From positions 130,758,001 to 130,822,000 of the forward strand of contig NC_091980.1 of assembly GCF_044704955.1 (NCBI RefSeq): a stretch of DNA of 64,000 nt. Reading direction: 5' to 3'. Origin of the DNA: Pristiophorus japonicus (lineage: Eukaryota). A program made the position numbers and the translations under genes. The first letter of the stretch is position 1, and each line of letters starts with the position of its first letter. Below the pieces are notes generated by a model. That model did not search any database, was not told the origin of the DNA, and saw nothing but the letters and a program-made list of their open reading frames with translations. This document shows, in pieces, positions 41,477 to 56,245 of this stretch.

Positions 41477-44400
41477 ATGGCCTCTCAAGTACGTCAGAAC
41501 TACCACAAGGACTGTGAGGCTGCTGTCAACATGGAGCTCTGTTCCTCCTATGTTTATCTCTCCATGGTGAGTCTTGTATTTCTGAGCACTTCACAATGGA
41601 TCTGTTGCAATGTGAAGTTACTAGATTCTGTGCTGTATCCGGCCCACCCCTCACTTGATGCACATTTGTTAAAGCTGTACTATGATAGAAGTCAGGAAGC
41701 AACTATTCACATGTGTGGTGGAAGTCTGGATCATATTCTCTCTCCTTGCTTCCTGCATTCCACCCACCCAAAGCTGTGGCCGCCTGGGCAAGGTTTTTGT
41801 TGGGTAAAGGTATCAAGGGATTTTAACATCAGCAATAGAAGTAGGCCATTTGTCAGATCTCTTCCCTCAATTCCACCTTCCCGCACTATCCCATGGGCCA
41901 TAATTTCTTTAGTTCACAAAAATCTATTGACCTCTATCTTGAATATACTGAATGACTGAGCATCCACAGCCCTCTGGGGTAGAGTTCCATAAATTCATCA
42001 CTCTGAGTGAAGAAATTGCAACTCTTCTCAGTCTTTAATGGCCAACCCTTTATTCTCGGACTGTGACCCCCTGGTTCTAGATTTCCCCAGTTAGGGTAAA
42101 CATTATTTCTGCATTAACCCTGTAAAGCTACTTAAGAATTTTGTTTAATTAGATTTGTGTGGTGTATGTAGCACAAAAATCACTGATTCCACACGGTCTG
42201 GTGTAAGTCTAATTGCTGTGACCTTCGTCCTTTATTGTTCAGCTCCAGAGTGCCTCCCAGGTGTGGTGGTCAGCCTTATATAGCCCTTGTTTCAGGTACT
42301 ACCAGGGTTTCTGCCTACAGCGCCCTCTGTGGTGTGGCATAGTACTTGCATTACATTTAAGGTACTGGGACGATACACACATCATTACATAACATCACCT
42401 CCTCCCCCGCCCCCCCCCCCCCCGACCTGGACGCAGGACAACGATACACACATCATTACATAACATCACACTTGTCCAACGGAAGGCAGGTGGGCATAAA
42501 TAGTGCGTTAGTATGGTACATATTATCTGGTACATTAACTGGTTATTGACTGGTAGTGGAACCTTGATTTCCTTGTTAGCCGTTATCATTAATTGTACTT
42601 CATCCATTATTTTACACACATACATTGGCCATTCAGCATAAAAAAAGTAATTCTTATTATAAATTCACTATCTCACATTAACATAGCTCATTTTAGACTC
42701 GCTCTGCCAAACAGAAGTCCTTTGTGGGGACCACCTCTTTTTAAGGCCCTTTTAAGACTCCCGGGTGCATTTCCTTTTTAAGGCGCCATCTTTGATGCAG
42801 GAGGATTCCACGAGGCTTCTCCTTGGGCGCCGCCATCTTTGATGCTCTGCAGCTCCGACATGATGCCGCCGCCATCTTCTTCTCCGCCGTTCCGGATGCC
42901 CTCCGCCGTCGCAGCCTCTGCTCTCCTCCGCTGCCACATGACTTGCCGCCTCTCCTGCGGCTGTCGTGGCCTCTCCAGTGGCTGCACTTGCCGCGTCCCG
43001 ACGCTACCAGCTCCTCGGCGGGGCCTGCCCGACGGCCTGTTCTTCTGCGGGGCCCTTCCAAACCGCAGGCCCCTGGATTCCTCAGCACCCCCCCCGCAGC
43101 ACCCCGCCGGCTCAACTCCCACCCCCCCCTTAGGCCCCTCTGTGCAGGGCTGCTTTCCTGTGGGGGCTGGGGCTGCAGGGTCTCTGAGAGATCTGGGACT
43201 TGCCTGTGGGGGGATTGAGGCTGCAGCTCCAGCTCGGTCGGCGCTGCTCTCTGGGGACCCAGGGCATGGCAGCACCCCAGGGAGCAGCAGCCTGTGGAGG
43301 AATGAAGTCTTCCCAGCTCCCACGAACCTTCCCCATCCACCTCCGGCCAAGGAGTGTCGGCCCATCCCCTGCAACGACCCACAAAGGTAAAGCGTGCGTC
43401 TCGTCCCGGTGGGATACCTGCACCATCGCTCTGCCGAGAACAGGTATTAGTTCTCTGGTGTAGGTACGCAGCTTCGCCGTGACCGGGACCAGCTTGGGTC
43501 GTGCAGCTGGGTGATTCCACAGTTTATCAAAAGTTCTCCGACTCATCAACGACGGACCCGAGCCCGTGTCCACTTCCATACTCACTGGGACTCCATTGAT
43601 TTTTACTTCACTTATCACTGGGGGCGAATCGTCGGTGCACGTGTACAGTCCCAACACCTCATCATCTTCTACCTGCTCCTCGCTGAACAGTGGATCATCC
43701 CCCATCTCCTCAGCCACCTGGTGAGTTCGATTTCTTTTACACATACGCTGAAGGTGGCCTTTAATGTGGCAGGTATTTCACGTATACTCCGCAAACTTGC
43801 ACCGGTGAGCCCCATGGTTTCCTCCACAGCGCCAGCATGGTGCTGCTTGATTGGCCCCCCTCAGCGGACTCTGAGCTCCAGGATCCCGAGGTCCGTGCTC
43901 TCTGCCCCGGGCAGAGCCACGTTCTGCAGTTTTGTCCGTGGTGGACGCTATCCTGTGGACAGTGCCTGCCGGGTTCGAGACTGTGTGGATTATTTGCTTG
44001 CTGCTGCAAGTCGAGGTCTATATGCCTGGCTGATAGCGATGGCCTTTGTCAGAGTGACTGTGGGTTCCATGGCCAGCAGCTTGTGAAGGAGGCCCTCGTG
44101 GCCAATCCCCATAACGAAAACGTCCTGCAAAGCCTCGTCAAGGTGTGCGCCAAAATCACACGGCGCCGCGAGTCTCCTGAGGTCCGCAACATATTTGGTG
44201 ATATCCTGGCCCTCGGGTCTGCAGTGATGGTAAAATTTGTATCTGGCCGTGAGGATGCTCTCCTTCGGTTTCAACTGGTCACGAATGAGTTCAGTCAGCT
44301 CCTCGTATGACTTGTCCCTGGTGCTCCCAGGTGCCAGCAAATCCCTGACGAGACAGTAAACCTCATCTCCACAACTGGAGAGCAATATCGCCTTACGCTT

Positions 44401-47361
44401 CTCTCTCATTGCGTATGTGTCCTCCGTCAGGTCATTTGCTGTGAAGTAGTACTCGAGCCTTTCTGTAAAGGCCTCCCAATCATTGCCCATGGTAAAATCC
44501 TTTAGCGAGCCCAGAGTAGCCATGGTTGCGTGGAGTTTGGCAACGAGGAAGCGGACGATGTGATGTATGTAGCACACAAATCATTGACTCCACAGGGTCT
44601 GGTGTAAGTCTAACTGCTGTGACCTTCGTCCTTTATTGTTCAGCTCCAGAGTGCCTCCCAGGTGTAGTGGTCAGCCTTATATAGCCCTTGTTTCAGGTAC
44701 TACCAGGGTTTCCCACCGCAGCGCCCTCTGTGGTGTGGCATAGTACTTGCATTACATTTAAGATACTGGGACGATACACACATCATGACATAACAATTTG
44801 CACCTCATTCTACTAAACTCCAGAACATTGGGTTACTCTACTCAATCTTTCCACATGGGGTAATCTCCTCATTTCCAGGACCATGTCGAGTGAACATTTG
44901 TTGTTCCACCTCTAATTCAAGTATGTGCTTAATTTGGTAAGGAGACCAGAACTGTACACAATACTTTGGTGAGGACGCACCTAATGTCCTGTATAATTAT
45001 AGCTAGACTTCTTTTACACAAACTCCAATCCCTTCGTAACAAAAGCTCACATACCATTTGCGTTCCTAATTACTTGCTGGATAAATGGAGTTAAGCTGCA
45101 GATCTGACCAAATTGAAAGGTGGAACTGCTTTGAGGGGCTGAATGGCCTACTCTTGTTCCTAATGTTCCTGAACTCCTTGCTTTAGTTACTAGTTTTTGC
45201 CCTTCTGTCTTTTTTCTCTAACTCCCTTTTGCTTTATTGGCGGTGAAGCCTTCAGTCATTTCCCCCCTACTCTGTAGAACTCTCCCTTAACCCCTCTGTT
45301 TCCCTACCTTGAGCTTCATCGATGACCTCAAACTGAGGGGTGGTATCTGGTTGTCCGCTGGAATGCCTTGATGTTTAGTTTTGAAGGTGCCAAATGAATG
45401 CTGCTTAGTTTTGGTTCCATGGGATGAATGTAGCCAGCAACACTTGGGCCACATGTACAATGTGAATTGTGTGCTGTGACTAGACCTCTACTTTTAGGGC
45501 TTTGCTTCCAGTTCTAGTAGTGCCCCTTGCATAGCCTGTACAAAATGGATCTTGGTCAATAAACCATGATTGGAATGGTACTGTTAATAATAATCATTCA
45601 CTAATTTCTAAACCTAGACTTGAGCATTGGGTGCCAAGATTTAAGGTTATAGTTTTGAGCATGTTTTATCAAAGCTGAATTGGTAACCATGGGAAGATGC
45701 AGCACTGAAGGAGGCCATTCGGCCCATCCTGCATATACTGACAGTTGGGTGGAGCTATCTAACTAGCCCCACTCCCCTGCTCCATCCCATAGCCCTGCAA
45801 ATTTGTCTGTATTATGTCTTTTTTTTTGTTTAAGCTGTTGCCATTTAATTTACTTCCACCATCCTTTCGAGCAGCCCAGGCATTTATTTAAAAAAAAAGC
45901 TTGTCTCCTGTTGCCTCCAGTCCTTTCACCAAGCACTTTTGATTTTCCATTATCCAGCTTCCCTATTGCTAGGGGATTATCCACTCTAGACCACATTAGT
46001 GAAGTCAGTCGGCTGGTGCTAGCTTGTGTAACATTGTACATGGAAATTCAGGGAGACTTTGAAAGAAGCAAAATTGAGTTTCTGTACAATACCCACAATA
46101 ATGGATCTGCCATGTGATACAGAACTACTCTTCTGATCTCTCTGCAGTCCTTCTACTTTGACCGGGATGATGTTGCCCTGTGTCACCTTTGCTGAGTTCT
46201 TCAAGGAGCAGTCACATGAGGAACGTAAGCATGCTGAGAAACTGATGGAATTCCAGAATCGGCGTGGAGGCCGAATCATCTTGTCTGACATCAAGGTTTG
46301 GCTCCATAAACAAGGGGCCTTCTGTCTGGCTTCCCTTAGACTGATTGCTCCCAAAACATTTTAAAGCAGTTGGTGCCAATTTACAGCACAGAAATCAGCC
46401 GTTTGGACAAACTGGTCTATGCTGGTGATCAGGCTCCAGATGTCTCCTCCCACTTGCTTTATCCAGCAACATATCCTTCTATTTCTTTTTCCCTCATGTA
46501 CTTATTTAGCTCCCGCTTAAATACATCTATGCTATTCACCTGATCAATTTGACTCCAGTGGTTGATGGCTTAATGCAGTAATTCTATATTCTAACACATT
46601 GGTTCATTGTATCCTTGACTTCTGATTGCATTTTTTTCATCCCTAATTCCTTCAATACTTTGTTTAATCCATTGTAAAGGCACTGTGACGTTCCTCTTCA
46701 GAAACCAGAGCAGGATGAGTGGAGCAATGGTCTGGAGGCCATGCTGAGAGCTCTGCAGATGGAGAAGAATGTGAACCAGAGTCTGCTGGATCTGCACAAA
46801 CACTCCACTGGGTGCACTGACCCTCATGTAAGTTTCTCATGTGGGGTTCTGGGTAAGTTGGAGGTGGTGGCACCTTGCTGTCCTTGAGCCTATTACAAAA
46901 ATCTCTGCTCAATAGCTTCATGTTGGGGTGTGTTTTTTGGTGCAGTGCAGTGGGGTGGGGGTGGAGCAGCAGCGATAGGAAGGGACAGGAGGTTGGCCTG
47001 CTGTGGACATTGACTAGTAAATATGTCCCAGCAACTATCGTGCAGCAAGTTTAATCTAAATGATGCAGTAATTCCATTGATTTCAATTGCACCAGTTGAC
47101 TATCCTCCAGTTCAAGAGGATTAAAATCCAAACACTTGATGGGTAAGCTCTGATGTTCCTAGATACCTGCTCCTGGTCACAACTAGTTTCCCTCTTCTCC
47201 TTCAGTTGTGTGACTTCCTGGAGGCCCACTACTTGGATGCACAAGTGAAGATGATCAAGAAACTTGGAGATCACATCACCAACCTGAAGAGATTGGGAGC
47301 CCCTGAGAATGGCGTGGGAGAGTACCTGTTTGATGAGCACACCCTTGGGGAGAGCGATTGA
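41477..47361 (+). pseudogene. fth1-like: Ferritin-like pseudogene, copy D
   Basis: Exon 1 is 41477-41566 (90 nt, KQIN deleted in helix A). Exon 2 is 46148-46295 (148 nt; a +1 C in cacCtttgctgag causes a frameshift and TGA). Exon 3 is 46702-46827 and exon 4 is 47206-47361. The AATAAA seen downstream of paralogs reads AAAAAA here. Confidence 0.9.
42158..44795 (-). mobile_element. Non-autonomous Gypsy LTR element (gag and protease only) in intron 1 of copy D
   Basis: LTRs at 42158-42394 and 44559-44795; perfect TSD atttg (42153-42157, 44796-44800). Gag from ATG 44523 (MATLGSLKDF...DWEAFTERLEYYF); protease VDTGS in 43130-43744. No RT or integrase motifs. Confidence 0.93.
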
Positions 47362-48272
47362 ACAGACTGCCAGGAACAAGCTTATTGTGTTCAGTACGAG
47401 TGTTTATATAATTGTGTGTGAGACCCTGTCTTGTAGAGAATGACAGCCTGTGACTTTGTACAGGCTGTGAGACCTGGCTGTATGATGTGAAATGTAAAAA
47501 AACTGTTCAGTATTGGACTGGATTTTGTCTCATATTTTAAATTTGAGTGAGTGGTTGCTTATTTTCAGATTAATGTCAGCCCAGAATTACACTGGGCTGT
47601 GTAACCACTTTCTTGTTCCTCCTTTTCTTTGGGTGTACATCTGATTTGTTGAGTTGCATCGTCAAGGTCTCGTGTTGAAGATGTCATTCCAAGTCTGTGT
47701 ATCCATTTAGAGTAAATTATTTGGTGCCTTTCAATGATTGTTGTAATGCTGTAATCCAACAACTTGTATTCATGTAGTACCTGTAAAAAGGCCTGAACCA
47801 CATGTGAATGGAACAGATACCCAGAAGCATAGTCCAAGAGGTAAGCTCTTTGGGCGTCGATGATTCTGGGGAGCATGCAGGAAAGTGGATTTGAGGCCAA
47901 GATCACATCAGTCGTGATCTTACTGAATAATACAGCAGGCTTGAGGGGCCAAATGGTCAACTCCTGCTCCTATTTCTTATGTAGGGAAGGGACTCTACAA
48001 TAGGGGGTCAAGGCAACTGAATACGAGTAACCACTCCCACTAGTGATGAATATTCTCTCTGCCCTTTGCATCAATAGCAACAATTTAACCCCTCGATACA
48101 ACAAAATGTCAACTGCTGTAATGTTCAATGCAGGAAGAGTGTTTGTTTAACTATTTCATTTTAAATGAACCCTCCCAGTTGAGGTATTATTTAGTTCAAG
48201 TAAGCTACCAATGCTGCTTCTGAGTTACTCCTGTAGCATACACTGCAGGTCCCTCACTCAACTAAACATATT

Positions 48273-48707
48273 GGGCCCAAGTTTCCACAAGAAAAAAAAC
48301 GGGCACCCCTCCGAGCTGGGCGCCCGATTTTCGTGCCTAAAACGGCGCCTAAAAAAATCCTCGGTAGTTTGCACCTACTTACAGGTCCTCTGGCTCTTAG
48401 CGCAGTCAGCATGAGCTGTGGGGGGGCGGAGCCAGGTCCCGGCGCTGAAAACAGTGCCGGGACCTCTGCACATGCGCACTACAGTGGGCACGCAAGTGCA
48501 GTAGCTCCAGGCGCCGAACTGTGTGGGAGGGGCCCGAAGCACGCAGCCCCTAGCCCTGGCTGAATGGCCTCACTGGGGCTCCTCCCACGGCCAGCTCCTG
48601 CTCCCCGCCTGACCAGACCCGACACTCGCTCTCTTTCCCCACCCCCCCCCCACCCAGCCGACCAGACCCGACAACCGCTCCCCCGGACTGACCCGACCCG
48701 ACCCGAC

Positions 48708-48759
<52 letters not shown>

Positions 48760-49268
48760 CCCCCCCCCCCCTCCCGCTCAGCGGCACAAACGGCTGCAGA
48801 ATTCTCCTTGGCTGAAGCACTTTCACACAGGTAGGAAGATGGTTTATTTAATCTTTTCGTGGCTTATAAATGTTTATTCAGGTTGGATTTATTTGTAGAA
48901 GTATAAATAAGGATTTATTGTTGAATTTAATAAGTTCCCCTCCCCCCCCACCTCGTTCTGGACGCCTAATTTGTAACCTGCGCCTGATTTTTTAATGTGT
49001 AGAACAGGTTTTTTCAGTTCTACAAAAATCTTCACTGGCTCCATTCTACTTTAGTTTGGAGTACATTTTCACTGTGGAAACTTTCAAATCAGGCGTCAGT
49101 GGCCGGACACGCCCCCTTTTGAAGAAAAAATACTGTTCTAAACTAGAACTGTTCTACCTGACTAGAACTGCAGAAAAAAAAATGTGGAGAATTGCGATTT
49201 CTAAAATAGTCCGTTCTCCACCAGTTGCTCCTAAAAATCAGGCGCGAATCATGTGGAAACTTGGGCCC
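48273..49268. mobile_element. Non-autonomous DNA transposon (MITE), PIF/Harbinger-like
   Basis: Perfect 17-bp terminal inverted repeats GGGCCCAAGTTTCCACA (48273-48289) and TGTGGAAACTTGGGCCC (49252-49268). 3-bp direct repeat ATT on both sides. No transposase. Confidence 0.85.
48710..48754. repeat. (CT)n microsatellite inside the MITE
   Basis: About 21 CT units, preceded by (GACCC)n. Confidence 0.9.
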
Positions 49269-49636
49269 ATTGTTGCTGCTATCGACTTTCTGGTCAGCTT
49301 TGTGGGCAAATTGCACATACTACTGATCTCCACCCCCAATGACTGAGCTTATTGAGTGAGCCATGGTACAAGGGGTCAATGGAAGTACAATTGGGTGACT
49401 GGGAAATCCACTCTCAACTTCATTTACACAAGTTAACTTTATAAAATTAGTTCAGAGCTGCAGTGAGTGCAATGAAATTGCTGTTGTGTCATTCCATGTA
49501 TTTGCATCACAAAGAAGTTTCCAGTCACCATATATCGAATGGCAGTATCTGGTGCCCATCGGGGTCACCATTGAGTGTGACCATGTGATGTCCATCTGTT
49601 TGCTCGAAGCCCTGTGTGACTGCAGGACATTCACTG

Positions 49637-50250
49637 CTTAGAAACATAGAAAATAGGTGCAGGAGTAGGTCATTTGGCCCTTCCAGCCTGCACCATTATT
49701 CAACAAGATCATGGCTGATCATTCACCTCAGTACCCCTTTCCTGCTTTCTCTCCATAATCCTTGATCCCTTTAGCTGTAAAGGCCATATCTAAGTTCTTC
49801 TGGAATATAGCCAATAAACTGGCATCAACAACACTCTGTGGTAGGGAATTCCACAGGTTAACAACTCTCTGAAAAAATTTCTCCTCATCTCAGTCCTAAA
49901 GTCCAAAATGGCTTACTCCTTCCTTCGACTATGTCCCCTGATTTAGGACTTCCCCAACATTGGGAACATTCTTCCTGCATCTAACCTGTCCAGTGCCGTC
50001 AGAATTTTATATGTTTCTATGGGATCCTCTCTCGTACTTCTAAATTCCAGTGAATACAGGCCTAGTCGATCCAGTCTCTCCTCATATGTCAGTCCTGCTA
50101 TCGCGGGAATCAGTCTGGTGAACCTTCGCTGCACTCCGTCAACAGCAAGAACATCCTTCCTCAGATTAGGAGACCAAAACAGAACACAATATTCCAGGTG
50201 AGGCCTCACTAAGGCTCTGTACAACTGCAGTAAGACCTCCCTGCTCCTAT
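49637..50250 (-). mobile_element. CR1 LINE 3' fragment
   Basis: LYRALVRPHLEYCVLFWSP...YEERLDRLGLYSLE; TAGAAACA tail. Confidence 0.85.
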
Positions 50251-51774
50251 GAACAATACAGGTGTAAATACACAGACACATGTTTGATTCACGTGGGTCA
50301 ACTATGCTAATTGGTGGCATCTCCCCTGAAAGGGCAGTGCCTGTATTGTGATTGGTGGCTCCGGATCTGAATCACTGCCGCACCCTCTGCCCCATCTAAA
50401 GCAGAGTTTTAATCCAAGGGAACACCTCTCATCAGCTCATCCAGGACTGAACCACTTCTGCACTGAAATCCAACGTCAGGGCTTTGGATCTCTGAGAAAC
50501 ACCAACGTGAAAGGCCAATGACCAGAGGGGAGAGATGAGGATGATTATTTTTACGCAGCTTGTCGGTGTGATCTGGAACGCACTGCCTGAAAGGGCGGTG
50601 GAATCAGATTCAACAGTAACTTTGAAGAGTGAATTGCATATATACTTGACAAAATTTGCAGGGCTATGGGGAAGGTGCTGAGGAGTGGGGCTAATTGGAT
50701 CGCTCTTTCAAAGTGCCTGCACAGGCACGATGGGCCGAATGGTCTCTTTCTCTGCTGATAGAATCTATGATGAGCCAGACAGTTAGAGCATATCTGAGCC
50801 TCATCATTTCAATCAGATTTAAATATTATTTTGCCTCACTGAAAGGCGACTGTAAAAGGAGGGGTCCAACACACCAAAATGAGGGGCAGGAAAAGATCAG
50901 CTGGTCCATCAAGCCTGCCCCAAAACATGCCGGAGTAAATCATAGAATGATAGAATGGTTACAGCACAGAGGGTGGCCATTCGGCCCATCGAACCCGTGC
51001 CGGCTCTTTGCTAGAGCGCTTCAGCTAGTCCCACTCCTCCATCCTTTCCCCGCAACCCTGCTATTAATTTTTCCTTCAGGTACTTATCCAATTCCCTTTT
51101 GAAAGCCACGATTGAGTGCCCTCCACCACCCTCTCAGGCATTGCATTCCAGATCCCAACCACTCGCTGTGTAAACATATCGCCTTTGGTTCTTTTGCCAG
51201 TCACTTTAAATCTGTGTCCTCTGGTTCTCGACCCTTCTGCCAATGGGAACAGTTCCTGTCTATCGACTCTGTCCAGACACCTCATGATTTTGAATCCCTC
51301 TATCAAATGGAGATGTGGGTGACAATGTGTTCAGTAATGTTCACTCCCTCTCATTCTCACTCAATATATTGAATTTTACCAGGCATCATTCCATGAGAAT
51401 AAAAATGACAGATCGTTGATGCCCCCATGTAGCCAATCCTCAGACACATGCCCATTCTCTATATTTGAACTGGGGGAAGTTCACACCACCCACAGGATGG
51501 AATTCCCATTCCACTGGCCAATGCTTGGTTTGTAAATGCACCAAGACGACTTGATTGCTTTGAATATTGTCTCAGTGCCACAGAAACTTGCAAGTAACAA
51601 ACTTCGCCAGATTATGAAAAACTCCTTTGGCGAAAATAGAAAATTATCATTTCATTCAAGTGAGAGCGTTAAACAACAGCACACTTTCAGATTTGAAGAC
51701 GTTCAAGGAATCCAAAGGCAGTGACATCACCAAGACTGATCTCCCCTAGCCCCCTCCCCCGAACCCCCTCTCCT

Positions 51775-51888
51775 TTGTTAATTGGTGCCTCAATTCAGGG
51801 AAGATTCCTGATTGGCTCTGAGGGATTGTCAATCATCATTGGTGATGTCATACCCTGTTTGAATGCAGCTGTTCCAATAGTATAAATA
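51775..51888 (+). promoter_or_regulatory. Core promoter of ferritin E
   Basis: TATAAATA at 51881-51888; appears identical to the promoter of B. Confidence 0.7.
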
Positions 51889-51956
51889 CAGGAGCTTGTG
51901 CAAGATAGAGTGAGTTTTAGAACTGTGCAGGTGATAGTGAAATATAGATAGAGAAG

Positions 51957-54532
<2,576 letters not shown>

Positions 54533-56245
54533 ACTGACTGGGATCAAGCTTATTGTGTTTAGTACTTGTATTTATATAATCAGGCCCCTATACTGTAGGG
54601 AATGAAGGCTTGTGACTTTGTACAAAAAGAGCTAAAACCCATAACAGTAAATAAACTGTTCAACATTGGGCTGTGTTTTGTCACCTTGTAAATTTGAGTG
54701 GTTACTTATTTTTCATTTAACGTAACTTGGTTTCCATCAAACAAGAATTACACTGACCTGTGCAACATTTATTTGGGATTCAGTCCTATGAAATGTGTTT
54801 TCCCCTTGTGTAATGTCTATGTATTGACTGGGCCATTCAGGCACCTGTTATAAGATCTAAAATATTCAAGAATGTGTTTGGACAACTGACAGCCCCATGG
54901 GATGTTGGCCCAGTGACCAAAACTCTGGTCAGAGGTATGTGTTGAGGAGGTACAGAGATGTTTAGGAAGGCATGTCTCGAGCTTGGGACTGATAAGCTGT
55001 ATACAATTACCTGTTCCAACGATCTGTTTTTTACAAAGGAGACTTCAATCCAACAAGATGTAACATCTGCTAAACACAGGACCAATTTGTCAGTAGTTCA
55101 TTGTTGCACCATTTCAGTCCAATGAAGAAAAAGTCCTGGATTAGCTTCCTATTTAGTCTATCTGCCTTGTGAACGAACAGCAGTTTGTATTCAATCGCTG
55201 CAATAGATCCTCTTCAGTTATGCAGGTCTTTCAGTAATGGGACTCACCACTGCTGCTATAGCTTTGCTGTTAAGCTTTGTAGGCAGAAAAGCAATATCTC
55301 AGCACACTGAACTCTGGGCACTAGAATTGGGTGAGGAGGGAAAGCAACAGTTGTCATCAGCTTGCTGTCACAGCTTCAGTGCTTTGTGTGGATACCCTAG
55401 TGGTTCTGGGACAGCTTCTCTTCAGCCTGCTCCCCTAATGGTTGAATAACTTGCCAACACAACCTCCATTCACATGAATAAGGTATTGCAAGACTAATGA
55501 TACTCCAACAAAATTTAATACTTGGCAAGGTGTAAATGTATTTAATTCCACAAAGCAAAAGGCACAAGATGTTAAACCCTTTTCTGGCCACAATGCTTAA
55601 GCACTCAATTTATAAGCCTATCAATTTTTTTTTGTTAGTACCACTGTGAATGGCTGTGAATGGATACAAATGGTACTGCTGCTCCAATAATCCAGTGTTT
55701 ACAAGTTATTTTTATGAATTTAATTGAGAACTGTGTTGAGTGCAATTAAATAGCCATGCACAGACATTCCAGGTTAATGTCTTGGCAACACTCGAGCGCC
55801 TTTCGGCTATCGATGTTACAAAATGTCATATATTGATGAGCCACAGTTCCACGAGTCGGCCTGGGTTTGCGTGCTGATGGGTTTGATGGCTTCATGTATC
55901 AACAAATCTCCAGCTCACTCAATGTGAAACTTTACAGGTGCTCGTGTTTTAAGAATTACTTACAATTTATAGCACAGGAACAAGAACATTTGGGCCAACT
56001 GGGCCATTCTGTGGTTTATGCTCCATGTGAAATATGTCCCACCCCACTTCATCTAGACCTATTAGCATATCCTTCTATTCCTTTCTCCTTTGTGTTGATC
56101 AAGCTTTCCCTTAAATGCATCTATGATCTTTGCATTCAGAGTTATTACTGCGAGTATCTCAGTAAACGCACTGCTGCTGCTGTGAATTTTCTGTTAAGCT
56201 GTGTGGGTAAAGAAGTGAGTAACAGCTTTCAAGACCCGCAATGTT

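Noticed and set aside
41411-41959. 182-aa ORF suggesting an N-terminally extended or intronless ferritin
   Set aside because: It starts at TTG just after the TATA box and reads through the exon 1 donor into intron sequence.
42741-43520. Several long overlapping ORFs on both strands
   Set aside because: GC-rich, stop-poor sequence inside the LTR element with low-complexity translations; only the protease frame is recognisable.
48479-48826. (ER)n / (SL)n repeat proteins
   Set aside because: Translations of the (CT)n microsatellite inside the MITE.
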